From positions 8,990,001 through 9,054,000 of the forward strand of contig NC_135770.1 in assembly GCF_052425735.1 (NCBI RefSeq): a stretch of DNA of 64,000 nucleotides. The letters are read 5' to 3'. Of this stretch, positions 51,308 through 62,976 are shown in pieces. A program made the translations under genes and the position numbers. The notes under the pieces are model-generated. The model did no database searches and was not told where the DNA came from. It saw only the letters and a list, made by a program, of their open reading frames with translations. The stretch comes from Oculina patagonica (Eukaryota). The first letter of the stretch is position 1, and each line of letters starts with the position of its first letter.

Positions 51308-53827
51308 ATGGCGGCGTTAGAAGCTGTTCTTGATGAAGACTTTGTCCGCCGGTTTCTTGTCGAACAGAAACATACTTTTGAAGAGCTGGTCACTGAAATC
51401 AAGACTCGATATCCGAATCTAAAGGGCTGTAGTTTAAGAAGCGTCAAAAGGTTTTGTAATCATCGGGGAATCAGAAAAAGAATGCCGGTTGCAGATGGAG
51501 TGCTCGACATCGCAGTACGAGCCGCCGTATCAGAGGTAAGGATGTGTTCCAAATTTAGAATAACAGTTATGGATAATTATGTATGTATAACTACAATTTA
51601 CTTATCCTTATTCGGATAATTTCTATTGCTTTCAATTTGCAATCTCTTATTCCCTTAACGGTGCTGTCGTCAAGTTATACTATTCACGATAGGATAACAC
51701 AACGAGCTCAATAACACTTTCAATTTTTAAACGAACCAAAACTTATGCATATCTTCAAAGTTCTTAAAGTTTTGTTTTCTTATTCAATTTAAAAATTATC
51801 TTATTCCAAGTTTGTTACAATTATGTTGAAAAGGGATTTTGTGGAAGTTATCTATATTCATTGGTAGTGGCGTCAAATTTGAGCTAATATAATTTGCAGT
51901 AGCCTGCAGAACAGGCGGATTATTTTTCGGGGGGATTTTGCGAGTCGCGCGAAAATAATCCGCCTGCTCTGCAGGCTAAATTTGCAGGGAAATTGTTACC
52001 TTTAATGTAGGGGCGTCATGTAAAGTGTTAGGCAAGGGCGCAGAAAATCAAAGGCCTCTTTTTTTGATTTTTCATGCGCTGAAAACTGTTCTCAATTCAT
52101 TGTAGGTGGGTCCTGTATTTGGAAGAAAAATGATGAAAGGATATCTAGATATGCAGGTTCAAGGTACATTCGCATCAGAGAGGCGTGTAAGAGAATCTCT
52201 GTCTCGGGTTGCTCCCATTTACCATCATCGTCGCCAAAGAGGTGTTGAAAGGCAAATCAACCCGCAACCATATACTGCTGAATACCATGGCCACAAGCTA
52301 CACATGGACCAGAACGAGAAACTTGTGAATTATGGTGTTGTCCATGTTTGTGCAATTGACGGGTTTTCTAGGTACATTCCTTCTTTTGCTTGCATGCCCG
52401 TGAAGAATAACGTCCTCATCTACGAACATGTTTACAGGTGGGTAGAGTTTCGTATTCGTAGCAGTGAAAACATTGCTTTTTTGAATCAAACTATCTAGCC
52501 TGTGTGTTTATTACCAAGGAAACGAATAGGAAAGGGTGCTGTAAAAAATATACAAAAATTGGAAAAGGAAATTACTGAGCAGCAATTTGACATCAGTTCT
52601 CTTTCTTCCTTTACACCCTTATCCCTGACTTGACCATCTTGTACGCGGTATTTATACCGGCGCTCACTAAAATATATCTTTGTGTCAATAGTGACCTCTA
52701 ATAATTTAATTTATGATACAGAAAAGCGGTGATAGAGGACTGCCTTCCAGATCAAGTACGAGTTGATCATGGCCGTGAGTTCTACTTGACCCTCTTTGGA
52801 CAGGAGTCACTGGCCTCCCTAAGGACAAATACACAGCGAGATCCTTACCGACAAACACAGTCGAAAAAGGTAAGCATGACTGTAAGTTTAATACGCATTG
52901 TCATTTAAGTTTGTTTCATTTGCAAACTAATTGGTCCACTCTTTTCCCTCTCTTGAAGAATCTTAGAATTGAGCGTTTTTGGGTGGAAGTCAATGCTCGT
53001 GTAAATTATCCGATTAAAAATGCCTTGAGAGATATGGAGCAAAGAGGTGTTATCGACATGGAACTTGACTTTACTAAGTTTTATGTCTCAAGTGTCTCAC
53101 TGAAAGTAGCAAGTGTAGGAATGAAACGAACAGTAAATGCTTGGAACCATCACCCAATCCCAGGTATGACTACTCAAGGTACACCAATACTGTAATATTA
53201 GCAGGGGGCATGGTTAAGGGTCTTAAGGTTAACCCGGCTCTTCCCTTTCGCTACTTGTAGCTCTTCATCACTAAACGCACAAAGTTTTTGTTTGACCCTG
53301 TTGACAAAATAAGAGAAGAATCACGTTTTTGGAGGATGAGAAAGCTATCATGTGTCATTCCTCTTTTTTGGCGCTCTCTACCCCCTTATTTTCCACTCTC
53401 CGTCTAATCAAACACAATCATTATTTTCAGTAGCTTATAAAACAGCCATAGAATTCACGTAAAATCCAGTGTTACCACTAAATTCACTACCCCCATGACC
53501 TTTTTCCTTTCTATTGCAGGAGTTGGGACACCAGTGCACTTGCGCAATGGCAACTTCCAAGGACAGAGAGTACTCGCTAATCAGATTCCCACAAGCATGG
53601 AAGCTGTCACTGCTTACGAAAATCTTGGTGGTACACTCACGGTTTTCCCTACTTTTGGCATTGACCCCTTAGCCGAAAATGCCGAACTTCAGGCTACACG
53701 AGAACAGCGCTTTAGTAATGAAACAAATGAAGAAGCCATCTTTGGAGAACTTGTGAATGGCAATTCTACTTCTTTTGAGCAGGCCATACAAAGATATGCA
53801 AACATTACAATTCAACTTCTGACATAA
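51308..53827 (+). CDS. DDE integrase-like transposase (406 aa, 5 exons)
   Basis: Exons 51308-51535, 52106-52437, 52722-52869, 52959-53163 and 53520-53827 join in frame (1221 nt). N-terminal HTH-like region (SLRSVKRFC, FGRKMMKGYL). Predicted triad LHM-D-QNEK, RV-D-HGREF and NLRI-E-RFW, with 38 residues between the second D and the E. Confidence 0.88.
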
Positions 53828-54079
53828 ATCCAACGTAGGTTTATTCCATCAGATGTTAGTTTGAATGCAATGGCAGAAACAAACATACAAGATATACTTT
53901 GGTTGACATCGCAGTTTTTTATATGTAATATTAAGGTTTGGTTAACATTAACATTGTTTTAAAAATGAAGCTAGGCATGTGGCTTTTAGCTGTTAAAAAG
54001 CCTTTACTGTTTTAACGTGATGTGAAAGACATATTCCTTTAACACAACAACAAGTAACGTTTTCTGATTTCGTCTGTCT

Positions 54080-57000
54080 TTAGCCAACTCTAGAAAAACC
54101 GTTGTTAAGCTTTGTGAGGATGTCAAATCCTTTTAGTTCAATTGCTACAAAATCAACTTCATTTCTGCATTTTGGACAACCTGAATTATTGGTTGTCCAA
54201 ATTTGAATGCATCCCTTACAGCCTATTACTGAGTCACAACAAGTACTCACTACAACTGGTGGTTGTATTGTTTCTTTGCAAATAATGCATTCAAAGCAAT
54301 CTAAAATCTCTTTCACAATGGCATTCTGTACTGCTCGTACAATGAAAAAATTGGCATTTAGTTTATCTTCAACACATTTTGGCAATTCTTGATGGATAGC
54401 TTCTGCCACTGCAATTTTCACGGCTTCTTTGATATCTTGCATGTTAACATCTACAGAGGACACAAATTATAAACAATGTCTTAATTATAGCTCATTCATA
54501 GTGTTAGATTGATAGCAGACTAGTATGCTGTAATCAATGTTTTCCCACAGTTATATGTGTATTTCCAATTGCGTGTATGTCGTGAGCATGGAAAAAAGTT
54601 TTGTATTTGATTTTTTGGTAAAATGCATTTTTTTGTATAAATAGTATCACAGTTCATTTTGTTTATTCAGTTTTCTTGAAATTATTTACAAAATTTTGAA
54701 CAACAATAAAGTCTTTGTGGCCAAGAACCAAGAAATTGAATCTTGTCAAATAAAACTGGTCAGAGATTACTCATAGTGACTACATGTACTGTACGTCATA
54801 CCTTGGGATTGTGCATTGGTCACATGTTCTTCATGTTCATCTTTAATAACAACTATTTCATCAGCTTTTTCTTTTGTTAAGTCTATAGCATAGACTTTAC
54901 GAGACGCTGATTTCCAAAAGCTTAGGCCTGTGGGGTAAAGACATTATAATTTAAAATAGTTTTAGTACAGGAAGGTATTCACAAATTTCACGTCCCCTTG
55001 TTAACCCTCGAACGTACAAGCGAATTCATACCCCCACCATTCTACAAGGGAGAAGGGGGGGGGGGGGGGGGCGGTGGTGGATGGAATCTCTCCCCAGAGT
55101 TTTCGTTCTGTTCAGGCGCAGCGAAATAATTTGCCGACATTGAGAAGAAAGCCTGTAGCTCACTCTACAAGAGGAGGCTATTTTTGTTGGCTGAGATGTC
55201 ATTTGACGCCACATGACGTCATTAGAGCCGCCATCTTGGATCCAACATCTTAGATTTCACAAATAACGGAAATTGATACAAAATCAAGCCAGAATGATTA
55301 TTGAATGTTAAAATTAAACAAATCGTACAATTCCGTTTGAAAAAAAAATAAAGAAAAATGTTAAAAATGACGATTTTTGGCAAGATCTGCTTGTAATTAT
55401 GGCATTGCCAAGGCAACGTCAAATATCATGGACACATGGTTTCCATATCAAAGTTTCCGCAAGGGATGAATGAACAGCTACTGAAAGTTTCACCATTGTT
55501 GAGAAAATCCTCTTTTCAAAATTTTGAAAAAACCTTACCAGGGGGTGGAATCCCCCCCCCCCACCCTTGTATGCCCGTCAACAGGTTAAAAATATAAATA
55601 CTGGCAATATGGACTTTACTGGGTTGCTTAGTACATCTCAATACAAACATATTCATTCGAGAACATCCAAGTTATAAAATACTCAACTTCTGAAAGATAA
55701 CCTCTCTGCTCTACTATTTGTAGGCAGCTATTTAAAGATTACGTGATGGGCTCTCGGCCAATGAAAAGGAAGAAATATACATCTACTGATAATACAAGTT
55801 ACCTCTAGTCCCGTTTGAATCCTCGAAAGGCAGCCCATTGGCACTGACAAGTTTTATTTCTTCTATACCTAGCTCCTCCTTGCATTTCAGCGTGATGTTG
55901 GGAACATTTGCGGTATCTTCTGTAATCAGTACATAAATTTGCCTTGTAGGTGTCTTAACTTTTCCTTTTTCAAGTGATGCCAACGTTACCTTCAGTGAGT
56001 ATCCACTTACTTTCACTCTTTTCGTAGAATGGGGGAGGTTAGAAAAAACGGAGCTAGAAAAAAAAATACAAAGTAATTAGAAGAGCGTCACATTGGCTAA
56101 TTCTGCTAGCAATGTCACATTTTTCATCTAATCAGTTAAAATCGGTTTTTAGTGAAACTGAAATGCATCAAATTAATCATCCGCTTGCTACAGTCGTGCT
56201 TTTTTATTTTCATAAAAAACAATGAAAATGCCGGGGTTGAAAAAAAAATTCCCAGACTCCCGTAATTTCTCGATCGACGGCCCTTTTAGTTCGATCGATT
56301 TGCGCGATATTTCTTGAAAGAAAATTTCAAGCCAAAATTTTACTTTGAGAAATTTTCTGCACATTCGTGCACTGTTTACATTACCTTTGTTGATTTTTGT
56401 TTGTGCTCTCTTGTACAAAGTGACCGTTGTCATGGAAAAGCACGTTGGCTCTTTCTTGCAAGCGTGAGAACAGAAGCTTCTTATTGGCTGACGAGTGAAC
56501 GTTACGAAAATAGATTGAAGAGATACATTCTGACTTCAGTAAAAATGTACATCTTTTTCGAAAATCTTAACGGCATATTTTAACCTTTTGCCTTTTGTTA
56601 TATTTTAAGCACTTTCGGGGATTTTTTTCGACGCAAACCAGCGCAATCAAGAAAGGCTTGACCACAACATGCATGCGATTTAACAGCTATAACTGTCTTG
56701 AGATTTAATGTAAATGTTCCCGAAATTTCGACAATCGAAGACTGAAAAAATCAAATGATTATACAAACCTGAACAAAGGAGAATAGTTGGAGCTTGCCGG
56801 TGGAGTACGAAGGCTGGCTGCTCCTTGGTGTTGATTCGACCGGGACGGGGTCCCTTGCACTTTTAGGGTTGTGTCTTTCCTAAAATCTGTAAGGTCAAAC
56901 CGACCATCGCGGTTCGGCCATTCGGTTGCCAAGCCAAACTCCTCCACAATGTGGATTCCTGGCACATCAAACTGAAACGGGTAATCAAATATTTTTTTAA

Positions 57001-57210
57001 ATAAATGTTAAAGTTCCTTCATCAACGGCGTTACATTCCGAGGAACCCGAAAGCACATGCTTGCAAGTTAAAAGCTTTCTCGCTTTATGACTTACCCCAA
57101 ACATTTGAGCCAATCTTTCGGCCGACACTTGAGATTTTTTTCACTCTCCTTTCCTCTCTTCCGTCTCCCTCGCCGGTGAAAAATATCACACAATCTTCTG
57201 AATCCGCCAT
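54080..57210 (-). CDS. Transposon-borne RING-finger protein (~350 aa, 5 exons; exon 1-2 junction ambiguous)
   Basis: Exons 57210-57096, 56971 (or 56958)-56769, 56053-55803, 54927-54802 and 54450-54080. Exons 2-5 join in frame with GT-AG. C-terminal CIIC...STCCDSVIGCKGC...CPKCR. Confidence 0.75.
55004..55585. mobile_element. piggyBac-like MITE in an intron of the RING gene
   Basis: TTAA|CCCTCGAACGTACAAG...CTTGTATGCCCGTCAACAGG|TTAA, with decayed TIRs. Confidence 0.55.
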
Positions 57211-57901
57211 GACCAAGATAGACAGCAGCTAAATACCATTCGCAGCTAAATACAATTCGCACGGTTGGTTGGGTTGGGAAACTGAGGGCAGCATAAGAGT
57301 CTGCCTCATTACGCGGTAATATGTCGTTTCGTGATTGGTTGATATTTCAGGGTATATGTCAGTTTCAATGCCTTTAGCCAAAAAGGAAAAACGAATACCG
57401 ATTAATTTTCAAATTCCATCCGAAAGCAAAAAATGAAAAGAAAAATTCAAATCCGTTTTTTCATATAAAGAGAAACGAAAAACAAAAATCAAAAAGTGAA
57501 TTCGAATTTCGTTTTCCGCCGTGTAAGGAACATTTAAAAACGAAAATGAAAGTCGGATGTCATTTTTCATGGGTGAAAAAAAAAGAATTTTGAAAAAAGG
57601 ACTTAAATTCCATTTTTACAGCGGGGAAGAAAAATGAAAAACGAAATACATTTGAATTTCATTTTCCTATGTAATTGAAAATCGGTTGGCACTAAGGTAC
57701 ACGCATTCGTTCACTCCAGTTTTAACAATGAATTACATTTTATGACTATAGAATATTGCTACAGAGTTGACGAACTCCCTTAACATTACCCGCAGTTAAC
57801 TACTTTTGAAAAAAAAAAATACCCATTCAACACAGCTATAGTGTATTAAATTAAATAAAAGAAAAAAATTAACTAATCGTCTTTTTTAACAGTCTCTAAA
57901 A

Positions 57902-58896
57902 CTAGTTTTCAGTTTCTTCTGCATCAGCGCTTGTCGTCTGTTTTGGTTCCTTGCCTGCTTCATCTTTTTCCATGGTGACCTCAACGGATCTCTTCTGCGG
58001 CAACAAAGCTGGATCACGTGTCGCTTCTATCGTCAGCAGTCCTTCCTTTGACAAACGTGACGTCAATGAGCTGAGATCTACGCCATCGGGCAGCAGAATA
58101 CGACGACTGCAGTCACGTGATCGGTGACCTTCTGACACCTGCTTTCCAGTGATGGTCAACTCATTTCCGCGCATCTGGATCTTGATCTCTTCTGGTTTGA
58201 AACCTCTGAAATCCAACTTGGCCTCAAATTTGTCGTCGTTTGCTTTCTCCTCCACGCGTTTCGTACCCTCGATTACGAGAGCAGCGCCATCTTGGGTAAC
58301 TCGAGATGTCACGCTTGTCGGATCGACACCCTGGGGTAGTTTGCGGAACCTCTTGAACTCGCTTTCCTCGAATCCATCTTCTCTGTCAATTCGATGCAGG
58401 CCATGTAAGGTCACCTTTTCGCTATCAACCTCGACCGAGATTTCTTCTGGTTTGTATTGACCCAGCAGCACAGAGGCGATCTTTACTGATCCCTGATGAG
58501 TTTGTGGGCAGCAATAGTCTCCTACTTGCTGTTCGTAAGCGTTAGCGAGAACGACCTCTCTCCATAGATCGTGAAAAAAATCATAGCCTCTGGGAGCTCG
58601 GTTGAAATAACTGTGATAGGAGGAGAAGAAAAAAAAAAACAATAAATAATTATTTCACAGTGACTTGAATATGCCAAATAAAAAATCATGAAGCAAGGTT
58701 TTCGGTTTAATAGTGTATTAAGAGATTGCGTCCAATGGCGCGATAAGGATCGATGATGAAGAGATTAGGTATTAAGATCTTTTTTTTTAAATTGTTTCAG
58801 ATTTGAACACACCACAACGGCAATTCTAATTTACAAAAGAAATAAAAGGAAATACCTGCTTGGATGAAAGGTTGGAAATCTGAAAACGAGAGCCAT
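57902..58896 (-). CDS. Small heat-shock protein with two alpha-crystallin domains (~249 aa)
   Basis: Exon 1 58896-58856 (MALVFRFPTFHPS) joins exon 2 58610-57902 in frame. Two ACD repeats: YKPEEISV...LPQGVDPTSVTSRV and FKPEEIKI...LPDGVDLSSLTSRLSKEGLLTIEA. Confidence 0.92.
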
Positions 58897-58996
58897 GCTG
58901 TCTTAAAATTCTTCTCTGGATATATTCCACTTCTTGTATCTTGCTTGTAACTTCTGATAAACTTTGTGAACTGTTGATCTGCAACTAAAAACCTCC

Positions 58997-59030
58997 TTTT
59001 ATACCCGACGATTTGATTCTAGAACGATCG
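58997..59030 (-). promoter_or_regulatory. TATA box and heat-shock element of the sHSP gene
   Basis: TATAAAA on the minus strand at 59003-58997. aTTCt-aGAAc-gATCg at 59016-59030 gives three inverted nGAAn units, one imperfect, 12 bp upstream of TATA. Confidence 0.75.
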
Positions 59031-59354
59031 AAAGTTACTAAAATTAAACCGTTAGTCAATGCTTCGTAAGAGTGACAGACAACCGATTCATCCTGACTCA
59101 ATGTGACTGGACAAAAATGATTTTATTTTCATTTTTTTCTGGCAAAAACGAGTAATTTCTCGAAAAAAAAGTTTGCAAAATCAGCATTTTTGTCGCACGC
59201 GAAAGGAATGTTGGGAAAACCTGACGTCATTTCCAAAACAACAACAACCTCATGAGGACAAAATGGCGGACATGCGAGAATTATGTTCTGCCGCGATTTA
59301 TACACCGAAAAACCCGATCTTAATAGATAGAATACCACGGAATTTATAGCAGCA

Positions 59355-62300
59355 ATGCCGTGGTTCTTCCCTTGGTCGGACTTCATCAAGAAAAGGGCCT
59401 GCAGATATCTATTACAGCATTATCTTGGCCATTTTCTGCAGGAAAAGCTGACGTTAGACCAGTTGACTGTCGATCTCTATAATGGCACCGGAAGAGTTGA
59501 CAAAGTACCTCTTGATGTTTGGGTGAGTAGCGACAATTAGTAGAAAGAAAAGAACGAGGAGAGATTGCTCTGCGCTTTTTTGCATGAAAATGGAACATTC
59601 TATAAACGCTTTCATTGCAGTCCGTGGGGATTCTTAAATCTCTTCGCAGCATTTGAAAATTTTTTCTTGTCACAAGTTATAATGTACAAATTTATTGGGT
59701 TGTCTGCAGAAATGATATTTGTAATGATTTACGGTTTATACGGTATTTGTCATGGATAACCATCAAATAATTCAGATCACATCGAGTATTCAATTCAATT
59801 CCTGTGTTCTGTGGCGAACTTCTCATCATGATGCATGCATTTTGTGGCTAATTATCGGTCAGTCTTGTTTTGAAAATATTTCTTAAAAGTTTAAATTTAC
59901 GTCAGCAGTGTTAGGTTTGCGTGGAATGGTGCCAGGGGATTATATTGATAATATAAACTAATGCATGTTTTAGCAGTTTGTTTTCATATTGTGTTTTGAG
60001 GCTTCTCAGTTAGAACTGAAATAATATCTGTCTGAGTGAATGCATCATATACATGTAGTGAACAGTGATTTTACTAAATTTGCATGCGATTTTGTATAAC
60101 TTTGCACCAATAATTATTGGCGTGAAAAGCTCAAAACAATGTGATAAATAATAATACATGATACATTTGCATGTATCGCATATGTGAATGAGACTCACTT
60201 TATTTTTTTTAATAATTATAAGAAAGGAATGAATGATTCTTGTTTGTAACAATGACAGAAAGAAAATTGAGAAAAAAAGGCATTTGCTCACAGCTCAAGC
60301 TTGCTTTACAAAACACTGGTAGAAGGTGGGTTCAGTTGAATCCTGGTGACTCAAACCTTCAAGGGAAAATGAAAAAGGTTTCAATCAGGGTTCAAAATAG
60401 CAGCCGGCTGTCGGCGGTAGCTGGCAGTCTGACGACACTTGCCGGCTACTTTTCACCGAAGAAATAGAAAATATCATGCCTTGATCGGCCAACTAAAATC
60501 AAAGTTGCGGTAATGTTGAAGTAAACATTCCATATCAGAAAATAAAGCAGCTACAGGGCTAGAAAGGGCGACTCACTGGTCGCTAATGCGACCAAAATTT
60601 CATCTTTGTTGACGAAAACTTCTGGTTTTACGGTTTAGTCGCCAATGTGGCGACTTCATTTCTGTGTTAAGATGAATAATGGGCCACCCTGGCACCTTCT
60701 CAGGTATTGTGTCCCTCCAGAAAATTATATTGGAGATCTTATTTGCTTCTCAGACATTCAAAATAAGAAAATAAGTCAATTCTTTTGTATCACTACAAAT
60801 GTATGTATCATCTATTGTATCACTTCGGAAAACTCACAAATGGCCGACTGTGTTTGAAATCGCCCCAGAATGCATCTGGGTACGTCATGTATGCAGATGG
60901 ATTGTGTCCCTTGAAAATGCATAGCTCTCTAACAGCCGGGAAAAAATGAGCCTTGACAAAAAAAGCCGACAAATTCAGGCTAAAAACAAAATTTTATTTT
61001 GAACCCTATTCAATTGAATTATCAATAGTTCGAGTTATCAATTAAGCAAGGTTCCAGTTAGCGGGAGGTTCAAGTTATTGAGGGTTTGAGTTATCGGGAT
61101 TCAACTGTAGTTTATGAGAGGCTCTGGGCTGGCTGGGTCTGATTTTATACAATTTAGTGTGCGATTATGGCTAATGAGCACGTATGGTCTGTTCACATGA
61201 TTTCAGTCAGTGAATGAGATGCTGGACAATGCTGGGTTACCAGTGGAGATCATTGATGGGTTCATTGGCAGCATCTCTGTGTCTGTTCCATGGACAGCTC
61301 TTCTCAGTGAAAGCTGTTGTTTGGACATCCAAGGCCTTGAAGTCACCATCACACCAAGACAGCGAGTGGACACAGGTACTCTGCTGTGAGCATAAACTGC
61401 ATAAAACGTCATATTATGAATAATATGAATAGAATAACTGATCCCTCGGAGAACCAGTTAATTTTGTTTCCCTCGAATCTCAATGTTTGCTTCGCCTTGG
61501 GAAACATTGAAATTCTTGGGAAACAAAATTAACTGTTTCCCTCGGGAACAGTTATTATAGCGGAGCTCCACAGCGGCCCGAAGGGCCGCAGGGCAGAGCC
61601 CCATACCCATAGAAAATCCACAGAAACAGGAAAACCAATGAACTTGAGTTTTCGTGGTCATCACGGCTAGAGACATGGCTCATGGGCGCGTACGTCTATA
61701 CCTATGTACGTACAGTACGTCGCCCACTTCAGAAATAGATTAACCCTAACCTCTTTGATACTGGGCATCCACGTTATGGTCAATTGACAGCTGTCAATAC
61801 AAGGTGTCTGATGACCAGTATCACGTGGCCATATCGCGGGCTCAGGTGTATATCTCCGATCCTCGAGGTAACGTGTTTTTATAAAGTTGACTCCTGACCG
61901 GAAAATGGTTTTATATTGTATTGTGGGCTCGACCTATTTTTTATGTCTATGGTCAGAGAATGCAGACATTTAAATAAAGGGCAAAGTAAATTAACGGGGA
62001 GCTATGCTATTTAATATACAATGTATATTATGTTTTATAGGAGGTAGCATGACTGATTCCATGATATGGAATGCAATGACAACAAGTATGCAACTGGCTC
62101 AGGAGTGCTTGAAGGAAGGTCCGTCCAGTGGAGAGGAACAAGCAGAAGCTACCCCGCCTTTTGAGGGTCTAGAGTCCTTTGCTCAAACCATAGAATCAGG
62201 TGAGTGATGGGGGAGTAAACTGTCCAATAACACAACCATAGTGGTGCCTTTAATTAAAGGAAAAGTTCTCATCAAGCTGCTACCACAAAAGGGTATCCCA

Positions 62301-62937
62301 GTTTCTGTAGCTTTCAGAGCAACTAGGAGATTTATTTTCTACTCCACCCTGTTTGGGATTACACTTCCATCGCAGGGTTACCCCCTGGCATTAAATTTGT
62401 TAGTACCCAATAAGTTTTATACACCTTGGTAAGGAGAGACACTAGGAAAGTACATGTATAGGGTGTTGACTAAGAACACAAGGCAGTAATCCCAGCTAGG
62501 GCTCATACCTGGACTGCTCAATCAGGAATCCAGCGCACTAACCATTAACCCATTGTATCTCCTACATAGTGTCTTTACCCGCTTTGTTTATCTGCTGATG
62601 CCATGATTTAAATTCAAGAATTTTAGAATTTAAATTCCTAGGTGTTTGCTGTTAATGCTACTTGTGCGCCTGTGAGAAGTAATTTTTTTTAACAAGTTTT
62701 CATTGTTTATGTTCACAGTATTGGCGAGAGTGAAGCTTTCCTTTACAGACACAGTGATTAGATTTGAACATTTACCAAAAGACACTATAACAGGGATTGG
62801 ATTAGAAATACACATTAAAAGGTAGGTTGAAATTATAGGCCTGCCAACTCTCACGCATTATGCATGAAACTTTGAAAACTTCAAAATAAATCTGTCAGTG
62901 ACTTTTTATATTATACACTTATAATAATAATAAAAAA

Positions 62938-62976
<39 letters not shown>

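Larger units (their letters stand above)
50908..57707. mobile_element. 6.8-kb two-gene DNA transposon (IS3EU-like / integrase-type DDE) with long TIRs
   Basis: Termini AATGCGTGTACCTTAGTGCCAACCG...CGGTTGGCACTAAGGTACACGCATT. TIRs at ~50908-51273 and ~57357-57707; the outer ~190 bp appear identical and the inner part has diverged. Perfect TSD CGTTCA at 50902-50907 and 57708-57713. Two convergent spliced genes inside. Confidence 0.93.

Noticed and set aside
50908-57707. Polinton/Maverick or LTR retrotransposon
   Set aside because: It shares a 6-bp TSD, TIRs and an integrase fold with Polintons, but it is only 6.8 kb with no polB, ATPase, protease or capsid. There is no RT and no direct LTRs, and the genes are spliced.
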